Origin: Actinomycetota bacterium
GTDB taxonomy: Bacteria > Actinomycetota > Actinomycetes > S36-B12
Reading direction: 5' to 3'
Assembly: GCA_017857875.1 (NCBI GenBank)
Contig: JAFMCH010000001.1
Location: forward strand, 3,745 to 67,744
Length of the DNA: 64,000 nucleotides
Each line of letters starts with the position of its first letter. Position 1 is the stretch's first letter. Positions 35,767 to 44,643 of the stretch are shown here, in pieces. Position numbers and translations under genes: made by a program. The notes under the pieces were generated by a model that saw only the letters and a list, made by a program, of their open reading frames with translations, was not told where the DNA came from and did no database searches.

Positions 35767-37482
35767 CTAGTTGGTCAAACTCAGATCAGAGAAGTGAACC
35801 GAGTTATCAGGGTGCAGCACAATGCCCGACAGGCCTGGTGCTGACAACCACTGGTTGTCGTACTGGACGATGGGCGCCCAGGCGACATCTTCCTGCAACT
35901 GGCGTTGTACCTGAGCCAGGATTCCGTCTCGGGTCTCCACACTTGCCTCGTTCTTGGCCTCAGCCCAGAGCCCGTCGACGACATCGCTCTCGTAGTTGAC
36001 CATGTTGTTCAAGCCACCCTGTGCGGTGGAAACGAAGAACAGCAACGTGGCGTAGCCAGCGTCAACACCAATGGGCTTTTCGTTGTCATTGATGAAGAAC
36101 GGCAGGTCACGCTTGACGAGTGCGCGGTCGCCGAACTGTGTCTGAGGGATCGGATCAAGCTGGATTTCAACCCCGATTGCGGCAAGGTCTGCCTTAATCT
36201 GGGTGACGATCGGGCCGAGGGTCGACTCCGATTCAGAGACGTAGGTCAACTTGAGACTTCCGTCATCGGTCCAACCGGATTCCGCGAGGAGCTGCTTAGC
36301 CTTTTCAACGTCATAGCCAAACTGCGGGTCCTGCTTGGAGTAGCCCGGGTACGACATGGGAATCTGACCCTCCCACTTGACGGCTCGACCGAAGTATCCG
36401 TCCTGGATGATCTTGTCGTAGTTCAACGCGTAGGCAAAAGCCTGACGCACCTTCGGGTTATCAAACGGCGGAGACTGGAAGTTCATGCCCAGGAAGGTGT
36501 TGAGGTTGCCTGTTGCACGCCAGGCTCGCACCGCATCGTTGCCTTCAACACTGGCAAACTCACGCGGGGTCAGGCTGTCGGTCAGTTGAGCTGCACCGGT
36601 CGACACTGAGGCGAGACGGTTGGCAGACTGCGGAACCTTGCGCCACACGACGTTCGCTACCGCGGGTGCGCCACCGTAGTAATCCGGATTGGCCTCGAGG
36701 ACCATCTCGGAGTTCTTCTCCCACGACGAAACGCAGTACGGGCCAAAGGATGGGGCGTTGACATTGTTGGCATATTCATGCGACCAGGGATCATCCGGCG
36801 TCGCATTTGCCTCCATGATTTCTTTGTCATAGATGTTCAAACCGAAGATGGTCAACACCGGGAGGAAGAGCTTGTTGGCATCATCCTGCTTGATGACGAC
36901 GGTGTAGTCATCAGTCTTAGTGATCCAGTCACCAAGTTCTTTCGCCTCGGCCGCTACTGCGGGATCCTCAGAGAACACATCAGTCGTGAAGCCACCGATG
37001 TTGGCCACGTTCGACAAGAACCAGCCAATGGGCGCTGCGCCGCTGACGCTCTTAGCCCGGGCAAACGTGTAGAGAACATCATCGGCCGTGAAGGTTGCGT
37101 CATCGCAGCCTGTGACGCCCTCGCGCAGGTTGAACGTCCAGGTCAACGTGGCTTCGTCGAAGGTAACGCTCTCGGCGAGTCGGCCGTCAAACTTGTCGAT
37201 GTCATAGCCGTACTCCAGCAGACCGACACCGGTCTCATTTTCGGTTCCCGGCTTGTAATAAACCAGTGGCTCCATCAGGTTTGCGATGCCCATTTGAGTG
37301 GCCGGGATCGATGCTGACGGGCCGTCGGGATCAAGTCCGGCCGGAACATCCAGGCCGAGGTAGGTCAGGTTTGATGCGGGTGTACCGCCGTCGGTCGAAG
37401 ACCCATCACTTGATCCGCCGGAGCAACCGGCAATCGTGAGGGCCACAACGGCCGCAGAAGCGACCAGGGCTTTTCGTTTCAT
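35767..37482 (-). CDS. ABC transporter substrate-binding lipoprotein, family 5 (peptide/nickel/opine type)
   Basis: ATG 37482 is preceded by AAGGTGG (the ORF track starts at 37551). Signal peptide with lipobox LTIAGCSGG. Confidence 0.85.
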   Translation of the reverse strand: MKRKALVASAAVVALTIAGCSGGSSDGSSTDGGTPASNLTYLGLDVPAGLDPDGPSASIPATQMGIANLMEPLVYYKPGTENETGVGLLEYGYDIDKFDGRLAESVTFDEATLTWTFNLREGVTGCDDATFTADDVLYTFARAKSVSGAAPIGWFLSNVANIGGFTTDVFSEDPAVAAEAKELGDWITKTDDYTVVIKQDDANKLFLPVLTIFGLNIYDKEIMEANATPDDPWSHEYANNVNAPSFGPYCVSSWEKNSEMVLEANPDYYGGAPAVANVVWRKVPQSANRLASVSTGAAQLTDSLTPREFASVEGNDAVRAWRATGNLNTFLGMNFQSPPFDNPKVRQAFAYALNYDKIIQDGYFGRAVKWEGQIPMSYPGYSKQDPQFGYDVEKAKQLLAESGWTDDGSLKLTYVSESESTLGPIVTQIKADLAAIGVEIQLDPIPQTQFGDRALVKRDLPFFINDNEKPIGVDAGYATLLFFVSTAQGGLNNMVNYESDVVDGLWAEAKNEASVETRDGILAQVQRQLQEDVAWAPIVQYDNQWLSAPGLSGIVLHPDNSVHFSDLSLTN

Positions 37483-37650
37483 GGAACCACCTTTGGTTGT
37501 GTAGGAACTCGTGCCGACCCTGCGCAAAACCGATCGACCGGATGCCACCATCTAAATGCCCGACTATTTCGATGCGCAAGGGTTAAGGTGTCACAAATCA
37601 ATAAAGATGTCTTACATTTTGCGGATTTGGCCTGCAGAAAGAGGTATCCC

Positions 37651-39045
37651 ATGGGAAATGTGACTGAATCAAACACACCAGCAAACCTGAAACCGCTTGC
37701 AGGTCAATTTATCGACACCGTTCAGCAACGACTCATCGGTGGTTGTTCGGCAGCTGTGCGTCAACAAGCAGTGACGCTTCTGGCTGACACGCTGGCCGTC
37801 GGCGTCGCTGGTGCATCAACCCTCGAGTCACAGCGGGCTCGAATCGTCGTTGAGCAATGGGGTGGCCCACCTCAGGCGAACATCTGGGGTGGAGGCCCGA
37901 GTGTGAGTACGGGCGGTGCAGCTTTCATCAACGCCCATCAAGTGCACACATTGGAATGGGACCCCATTCACGAGCCAGGTGTCGTGCATGCCATGACCGT
38001 CGTGACGCCGGCAGTGTTGGTTTGGGCTCAATCAATGACCTCACGGGGCGAGGTTGTGTCGGGGCGTCAGGTCATCGACGGCATCATCGCGGGGGTTGAG
38101 GTGGCTGCCAGGCTCGGCGTTGTCACCAACTCGCCACTGCGCTTCTTTCGTCCAGCAACTGCCGGCGGATTGGGTGCCGTTGTCGGCGCAGGAATCATGG
38201 CCAACTGGTCACTGGAGCGTATTGAGTCGGCATTCGGAATCGCCTACGGCGCCATTTCCGGAACGATGCAACCCCACACCGAGGGCGCGCAGGTTCTCGC
38301 CCTTCAGATCGGCTTCAACGCTCGAGCGGCCATGAATGCAATGGACCTGGCAGAAGCAGGATTCAAGGGCCCAAGGTTCGTCCTCGAAGGCAAATACGGG
38401 TACTACACGCTCATCGAAACCGATGGCAACCCCGAACTCTTAACCGCCGTAGATTCCACCAACTGGGAAATCGAGCGCACGAGCATCAAGCCCTTCCCCA
38501 GCGGTCGCGCCACACACGGTTCCCTCGGCGGCCTGCTGGCACTGCAGCTTGAACACGGCTTCACCCGCGACACTGTCGACCGCGTCGATATAGAGGTTCC
38601 CTCCATGGTTTTCGGTCTTGTTGGTCGGCGGCCGACCGCGGATATGCCAGTCGGAGCTGCACGATTATGTCTGGCCTACCTCGTTCCGTGCCTGCTTGAC
38701 GACGGAACAATCAGCGTCGATTCCTACCACGCCGATCGCATTACCAATAGCGATGTCTTGGCATGGACCGATCGAGTGCATGTCTCGGCGGATACCAATC
38801 CTGACCCCAATGCATTCAATCCGCAGCGGGTCACCGTCACGCTGAAGGATGGTCGCACGTTGGTCAGCGACGTGCCCTATTCCCTGGGTAGCCCCGAACA
38901 CCCACTAACTCCGAAACAATCACGGCAAAAATTTGATCTGGCTATGACCATCGGCGGCAGAATTCAGTATGCCGATGCGCTTTACTCGTATATCCACGGC
39001 ATCGACGAGGTCGAGGACATCACCGAACTGTGGGAGATCTTGTGA
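37651..39045 (+). CDS. MmgE/PrpD family protein (2-methylcitrate dehydratase superfamily)
   Basis: ATG 37651 is preceded by AAAGAGG. Size and blocks (LADTLAVGVAG, IKPFPSGRATH) are typical of MmgE/PrpD proteins. Confidence 0.75.
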   Translation: MGNVTESNTPANLKPLAGQFIDTVQQRLIGGCSAAVRQQAVTLLADTLAVGVAGASTLESQRARIVVEQWGGPPQANIWGGGPSVSTGGAAFINAHQVHTLEWDPIHEPGVVHAMTVVTPAVLVWAQSMTSRGEVVSGRQVIDGIIAGVEVAARLGVVTNSPLRFFRPATAGGLGAVVGAGIMANWSLERIESAFGIAYGAISGTMQPHTEGAQVLALQIGFNARAAMNAMDLAEAGFKGPRFVLEGKYGYYTLIETDGNPELLTAVDSTNWEIERTSIKPFPSGRATHGSLGGLLALQLEHGFTRDTVDRVDIEVPSMVFGLVGRRPTADMPVGAARLCLAYLVPCLLDDGTISVDSYHADRITNSDVLAWTDRVHVSADTNPDPNAFNPQRVTVTLKDGRTLVSDVPYSLGSPEHPLTPKQSRQKFDLAMTIGGRIQYADALYSYIHGIDEVEDITELWEIL

Positions 39046-40430
39046 GTGGCCACGAGAAGTCAAGCCTGCACCAGACTTACGCGGGATCAGTCGATCAAAA
39101 CCGACTAATGCGGGAGTATCCCTGGGGACCGTCGTTTCTCCAGACCTACCAGGGCATGACTCGTACGACACTTGAGGACTTACAGCAGGAACGATTCGCA
39201 AAAGTAATGGCGTGCGCCTGGAAAACTCCGTTTTACCAACGACTGTGGAGCGAGTCCGGCATCACACCCCACGATATTTGTGATCTGTCTGATCTCAACC
39301 GGTTACCCATCATCGACAAGACCATGATTCTCGCCGATGTTGACGCAAATCCACCATTCGGCTCCCTGGCGATGCGCACGGATCGTCCGCGTGGCCCCGC
39401 TATCTTGCAGACGACCAGCGGCACCACCGGAAATCCGCAGCCGGTGATCTGGGGAGCCTGGGGTCGCGAGGTTCAAAACGCCCTGCTCGGTCGCATTTAT
39501 GGGTGGCTGGGTGTTCAGCCAACAGATGTTGCCCACAGCGTGTACGGCCACGGACTCGTCAACGGTGGGCACTACGTTCGTGAATCGGTGACGCGCTACA
39601 CCGAAGCCATGTTGCTTTCGGCCGGTACCGGCATCGAAACCCGATCCGATCGCCAGATAGCTGTTATGCAGCAATTCGGCGCAACCGTGCTCTTGGGCTT
39701 CGCCGACTATCTGCGCAAACTGGCTGATAAAGCGGTAGAGCTAGGACTCGAGCCTGGTAAAGACATCCCGGTTCGGCTCATCATTGGTCATCTCCTCGCT
39801 GGCGGACGCGAACCTCTCGAGCAAGCATGGGGTGGAGCCAAGGCCTTCAACTGGTACGGGGTGGCAGACACCGGGGCCCTTGCCTCAGAGGGCCCAGAAC
39901 GCGATGGGCTGCACCTGTGGGAGGACGCCAACGTCGTAGAGATCCTGGGCGACGAGGGTGAAAATTCGGGCACCAATCCGGGCAACATGGTGGTGACCTG
40001 CTTGGCGAAGGATGACCTTGCCCCACTGATTCGATTCAATACCCACGACGTCACCCGGGTGCTGCCGGGAATAAACGCAGCCGATCTGCCGTTTCGCCGA
40101 ATCGATGGACTTCTCGGTCGCAGTGACAACATGGTCAAGTTAAAAGGCATCAACGTGTATCCCTCCGCCATGGGCGGCATGCTGGCTGAGTTTCCCGGTT
40201 TCACAGGCGAATACGTATGCCGATGGGAGAAGGCCGGTCACGGAGAACGTTTGGTCGTCATGTGCGAGATGACCGATGTTCACGCTGTCGATGCCGAACT
40301 TATTCGCAGTGTTCTTGGCGATCGCCTCGGCGTTGGAATCGAGGTTGAGGTCGTCGTTCCAGGCGCCACCGCATCGCTGACCGGTGTTCACGAAAGGCAG
40401 AAACCAACACGGCTTGTCGATGCGCGATGA
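39042..40430 (+). CDS. Phenylacetate-CoA ligase (PaaK)-like adenylate-forming enzyme
   Basis: GTG 39042 overlaps the PrpD-like stop as GTGA. Has the PaaK-type N-terminal region (LQQERFAKVMACAWKTPFYQRLW...LNRLPIIDK), core TSGTTGNPQ and a C-terminal KPTRLVD tail. Confidence 0.75.
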   Translation: MSGHEKSSLHQTYAGSVDQNRLMREYPWGPSFLQTYQGMTRTTLEDLQQERFAKVMACAWKTPFYQRLWSESGITPHDICDLSDLNRLPIIDKTMILADVDANPPFGSLAMRTDRPRGPAILQTTSGTTGNPQPVIWGAWGREVQNALLGRIYGWLGVQPTDVAHSVYGHGLVNGGHYVRESVTRYTEAMLLSAGTGIETRSDRQIAVMQQFGATVLLGFADYLRKLADKAVELGLEPGKDIPVRLIIGHLLAGGREPLEQAWGGAKAFNWYGVADTGALASEGPERDGLHLWEDANVVEILGDEGENSGTNPGNMVVTCLAKDDLAPLIRFNTHDVTRVLPGINAADLPFRRIDGLLGRSDNMVKLKGINVYPSAMGGMLAEFPGFTGEYVCRWEKAGHGERLVVMCEMTDVHAVDAELIRSVLGDRLGVGIEVEVVVPGATASLTGVHERQKPTRLVDAR

Positions 40431-41719
40431 CTCAAGAACACACGACCACGGAACAGATCTATGGCATCGCTCGTGCTCGTGAAGATGCCGTATCTCCGGG
40501 TGCGATCGAGTCACTGATCCCGACCGCCTTGGCAGAAGCCGCGCACGCAGACACCCGTCGTGCTCAAGGAGAAGTACTCGGGCCGCTAGACGGCCTAGTG
40601 TTTGCAGTGAAATCTAATATCGACGTGGAGGGGATCCCCACTAGTTCGGGTCTCATTCCCACTCTGGCTGCTCCTGCTGCGAACGACGCTTTCGTCGTCG
40701 AGCTTTTGAAGGCCGCGGGAGCCGTTGCTGCAATGACCACAACGATGGCTCCCATGGCCATCGGGGCGATTACTGAGTCTGCAGCATTGGGACCATGCGT
40801 GAACCCACGAGACTCAACCCTGCACGCTGGTGGGTCAAGTGGTGGCTCCGGCGCAGTTGTTGGTGCGGGACTTGTGCAGTTTGCCCTTGGGTCAGACACC
40901 ATGGGCAGCGTTCGAATCCCAGCCGCCTACTGCGGCGTATACGGATGGTTGCCTACCCACGGCGCAGTGAGCGCACGAGGAATGACGCCGCTTGCACCAT
41001 CCATGGATTCGGTGGGTGTGCTGGCACAAGACCCCCGCGTCTTGCTCGACGTTGCCGACACAATCCTTCGCTTTGATCGCGACTTTCCCTGGTCGCGCGA
41101 TGTTGCGGCCACGCCGCTAACCGACTATCCGGCCCGCATTGCCCTGTGTGATTGGGCAAGCGTTGCCAGTGAGTCGGGTCGTCAAGCGGTTACCGAGGTT
41201 GTCGACCTCATGCAAAATTGGGGCAGTACTACGGTGGATCCCATTACTTTCTCGACGAGCGTTGATCTCACACCGGACCGCATCCGTCGTCACGGCCTGC
41301 TAGTCGTTGAGGCCTCCGCCTGTAACGTTTTCGATGAACCATGGCAGCGAGAACTCATGCCGGCAGCGGTTCGTTCCCTGTTGGACTACGCAGGGAAGGC
41401 CAGCGCGGCACGACTATGGCAGAGCGTGGAAGAACTAGTCGGCATCCGACGGTCAATTCGCAACGCTCTCACTCACGTGGACTGTCTGGTTCTCCCCACG
41501 ACGCCGCAGTCAGCGCCGGTAATTGGCGACGATCCCGTTCACGCTGCCGATCTCACCGCATGGGTCAACGTTGCAGGACTCCCAGCCGTTGCGGTTCCGT
41601 GGCAGGGGACTTCCGTTCAACTCGTCGGCCAGCCCGGTAGCGACCGAAATCTTTTGCACTGGGCCGCCAAAATCGACGACTACGTCAACCTTCAAACACC
41701 GGAGGTCGACGCTCGATGA
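40427..41719 (+). CDS. Amidase (amidase-signature family)
   Basis: ATGA overlap with the ligase gene. AS motifs KSNIDVEGIPTSSG and GGSSGGSGAVVG. Confidence 0.85.
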   Translation: MTQEHTTTEQIYGIARAREDAVSPGAIESLIPTALAEAAHADTRRAQGEVLGPLDGLVFAVKSNIDVEGIPTSSGLIPTLAAPAANDAFVVELLKAAGAVAAMTTTMAPMAIGAITESAALGPCVNPRDSTLHAGGSSGGSGAVVGAGLVQFALGSDTMGSVRIPAAYCGVYGWLPTHGAVSARGMTPLAPSMDSVGVLAQDPRVLLDVADTILRFDRDFPWSRDVAATPLTDYPARIALCDWASVASESGRQAVTEVVDLMQNWGSTTVDPITFSTSVDLTPDRIRRHGLLVVEASACNVFDEPWQRELMPAAVRSLLDYAGKASAARLWQSVEELVGIRRSIRNALTHVDCLVLPTTPQSAPVIGDDPVHAADLTAWVNVAGLPAVAVPWQGTSVQLVGQPGSDRNLLHWAAKIDDYVNLQTPEVDAR

Positions 41720-42482
41720 ATGCGGAAACGCCCTCGTGGTAATCCGCCGAACGCAAGGCGCGATTGACGAACTCGTCGGTCTCAGCGCACTCCTCGCGAC
41801 GACCAGACATGATGCGTTGAATCGCCTCTTTCATGAGCCGCGCACTCATCCCGCTGGTCTTCGCCAGACCCGCAGCAAACGCCTCAGTTGCGGTCTCCAG
41901 ATCAGAATCATCAACGACTGTGTCGACGAGACCCATGCGCTGGGCTTGCGTGGCGTCGTAGGTTTCACCGGTAAACAAGATCTTCTTTGCATGGGCTGGT
42001 CCCACCAAATCAACGAGCGCAACCAATGCCCCGAACTCGTAGACCATTCCGAGTTTTGCCGGAGTAATAGCAAAGGTCGCCGATCTGGTCGCGATGCGAA
42101 AATCACACGCCACCGCGATCCCGGCGCCACCGCCAAAACATGGCCCGTCAATTGCGGCCAACGTCGGCGCGTGAGCTTGTGCCACGGCAGCCAAGGCTGC
42201 GCCCACGACACGTTGACTATCGGCACCCCATTCCAGATCTCCCACGTGGTGTCGATATTCACCGATGTCTGCGCCGGCAGAGAAGACTCCGGGACTGGAG
42301 GACCCAACAACGATCAGACGGATGCTCAGGTCACTATTCAACTGATCAATGATCGGGGGGATCGCCGCCCACATGGCCTGAGTCAGAGCATTTCGCTTCT
42401 CCGGCCGGTCGATCTTGATATGGGCAACATGTTCATGGCGTTCAACCAACACGCCTGCGTTTTGCGAATCCGCGCTCACCAT
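41685..42482 (-). CDS. Enoyl-CoA hydratase/isomerase (crotonase) family protein
   Basis: VAHIKIDRPEKRNAL, FSAGADI and GGGAGIAVACDFRIA motifs. The start is ambiguous (ATG 42482 or 42530; the ORF track's 42683 is unlikely). Confidence 0.8.
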   Translation of the reverse strand: MVSADSQNAGVLVERHEHVAHIKIDRPEKRNALTQAMWAAIPPIIDQLNSDLSIRLIVVGSSSPGVFSAGADIGEYRHHVGDLEWGADSQRVVGAALAAVAQAHAPTLAAIDGPCFGGGAGIAVACDFRIATRSATFAITPAKLGMVYEFGALVALVDLVGPAHAKKILFTGETYDATQAQRMGLVDTVVDDSDLETATEAFAAGLAKTSGMSARLMKEAIQRIMSGRREECAETDEFVNRALRSADYHEGVSAFIERRPPVFEG

Positions 42483-42546
42483 ATCTACCAGTCTAGTCAC
42501 TCCAAAGTTTCGCCAACCCGTTTCACTCATCAGATAGGAGCACGTC

Positions 42547-43404
42547 GTGCCTGAATCCGATCGACCTTCGTCAACATCTTTGGGATTCTCCCTCGTGGTC
42601 AACGTCGAAGAGGGCGCAGAGATGTCGATCCTCGACGGCGACCGCAGACCTGAACCGGTCGACGAGATGGGTTTGGCACTCAAAGATGGTTTACGTAACT
42701 ACGGCAACGAGTCGAACTACCGCTACGGAATCAAAGAGGGATTCCCACGAGTTGCAAAGGTTCTTAGCGACACCGGTGTTCCGGCGACCTGGACCGCAGC
42801 TGCTATCGCTCTAGAGCGCGCCCCACAAATCGCTGAGTTCATCACAAAGCGGGACGACGAGGTGGCCAGCCACGGTTACCGTTGGATTCAGCAATACCGC
42901 ATGGATGAGGATGCCGAACGCGAGTTCATTCAACGCGCACGCGACAGCATCACCGCCAGCATTGGTACCCCACCAGCAGGACACCTGTCGCGCTATCTCC
43001 TCACTGACAAGACACGTGAAATTCTCGTGCAGGAGGGTTTTACCTACCATATGGACGACTACTCAGGCGACGAACCATACTGGGCCACAACGCCATCGGG
43101 ACCGATCGTGGTGATGCCATACGCAATCGACACCAATGACATGAAGATGTGGCAAGGGACTGGCTATACGCCACGGGACTGGTACGACTACCTCGTCGAC
43201 AGCTTCGATCAGATGTACAGCGAGCGACGAGAAGGATTCCGCTATATGTCACTGGGAGTTCACCTGCGGATAGTGGGACGACCAGGTCGCATCGGAGCGC
43301 TACGCAAGTTTCTGGAATACGTGAAAAGCCACGACGATGTCTGGTGGATACACCGACGCCAGATGGCCGCTGCATTCGCCGCTGCGAATCCTGCTCCGCA
43401 CTGA
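42547..43404 (+). CDS. Polysaccharide deacetylase-fold protein, PuuE allantoinase-like
   Basis: GTG start preceded by AGGAG. The blocks FSLVVNVEEGAE...NESNYRYG...HGYRW match the PuuE-type deacetylase family as I recall it. Confidence 0.65.
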   Translation: MPESDRPSSTSLGFSLVVNVEEGAEMSILDGDRRPEPVDEMGLALKDGLRNYGNESNYRYGIKEGFPRVAKVLSDTGVPATWTAAAIALERAPQIAEFITKRDDEVASHGYRWIQQYRMDEDAEREFIQRARDSITASIGTPPAGHLSRYLLTDKTREILVQEGFTYHMDDYSGDEPYWATTPSGPIVVMPYAIDTNDMKMWQGTGYTPRDWYDYLVDSFDQMYSERREGFRYMSLGVHLRIVGRPGRIGALRKFLEYVKSHDDVWWIHRRQMAAAFAAANPAPH

Positions 43405-43409
43405 GGGCT

Positions 43410-44201
43410 CTACCAGGGCAGTTCGGCACCGTTCATTGCTATGCACTGCCCACTGATGTACTCAGCATCCGGCGTGCATAGCCACGACACCGTGCTGGCC
43501 ACGTCCTCGGGTGTTCCGAACCTTCCCCACGGAATCGTCGCAAGGAATGCCTCGAGGGTTTCTTCACGACTCCGGCCCAGGGCTTCTCCCATGCCTGACA
43601 GGATGTCTTCCCACAGAGGCGTCATGATGTGACCCGGGGTGTAGCAATTCACCCGGATCTTGTCAGCAGCTAACTCTTGGGATAACGACTGGCTGAGCAT
43701 GATGATGGCAGCCTTGCTTGCGCAATACTGCGACACGTTGGCCACTCCGTGCCGACCACCGCCAGAGGATGCGTTGACGATACAACCACCGCGGCCTTGA
43801 GCGATCATTTGTTTAGCAGCCACCTTGCTACCCATGGCGACACCCACAACATTGATATCCAACAACCTAATCCATTGCGCTGCATCGGTTTCTATGAGAG
43901 GTGCGACCGCAATAATCCCCGCGTTGTTAACCATCACGTCGAGTTGCCCCGCGCTCTCGACGGCAACCTCAACTGCCAATCGGAGGGAATCCTCGTCGCG
44001 AACGTCGGTTTCCATCGCAATCGCCCGTTCGCCCAGGTCACGAACAGCCTCGGTGGCGGCGTCCATGTCAATATCCGCGATGATGACTGTTGCGCCCTCG
44101 CGCACAAATCGTTGTGCGATGCCCAGGCCGATGCCCTTTGCACCGCCCGTAACTACTACACCCTTACCCACATGTGCGGTGGCTGAGTCGGTTGCGTGCA
44201 T
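43410..44201 (-). CDS. SDR family oxidoreductase
   Basis: ATG 44201 is preceded by AAGGAG. TGGAKGIGLG cofactor motif, NNAG and catalytic YCASKAA. Confidence 0.85.
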   Translation of the reverse strand: MHATDSATAHVGKGVVVTGGAKGIGLGIAQRFVREGATVIIADIDMDAATEAVRDLGERAIAMETDVRDEDSLRLAVEVAVESAGQLDVMVNNAGIIAVAPLIETDAAQWIRLLDINVVGVAMGSKVAAKQMIAQGRGGCIVNASSGGGRHGVANVSQYCASKAAIIMLSQSLSQELAADKIRVNCYTPGHIMTPLWEDILSGMGEALGRSREETLEAFLATIPWGRFGTPEDVASTVSWLCTPDAEYISGQCIAMNGAELPW

Positions 44202-44214
44202 GTTGATGATCTCC

Positions 44215-44643
44215 TTAGTCAACGGTGCGCCATCGTGGTGGACTCTCCCTCACCGGCTGCAATAACTGCTCATCAAATGCAGGCAGCTGATAGCCCTTCG
44301 GCTGCGGGGGCTGTGGATTGTACCCAGTATGACGTGCGATCCCATCAAGCACGCGCTGATCACAGTAGTAGGCCGTGAACACCATGTTTACGACGACCGA
44401 AAACTCGTTCGGGTAGGCGGTCTCGATCTGCAGGAGTAGTGACTCCCGCTGCAATGAGGATAAGTCGACAAAGTCATCGGGCAAGGCTGCACTAATCACC
44501 TGGAGAGCACGACTTTTGGGCTCATCATCGGCATCTGCCATAACAAGTGGCAGCAATCCGAGGCTACCCGCTCCAGGGATATCACCATGCTCTGGAACGA
44601 GGGCATCAAGCAAGGTCTTCTGTAAGTCAGACAATGTCTCCAC
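44215..44643 (-). CDS. Gluconate 2-dehydrogenase subunit 3-like small subunit (no Tat signal)
   Basis: 142 aa overlapping the upstream GMC gene by 17 nt. Paralog of 29881-30378. Confidence 0.6.
   Translation of the reverse strand: METLSDLQKTLLDALVPEHGDIPGAGSLGLLPLVMADADDEPKSRALQVISAALPDDFVDLSSLQRESLLLQIETAYPNEFSVVVNMVFTAYYCDQRVLDGIARHTGYNPQPPQPKGYQLPAFDEQLLQPVRESPPRWRTVD

Noticed and set aside
41523-42554. 343-aa ORF on the plus strand opposite the crotonase gene
   Set aside because: It is antisense to a gene with textbook crotonase motifs. Its composition is low-complexity and Arg/Ser/Thr-rich. Shadow ORF.
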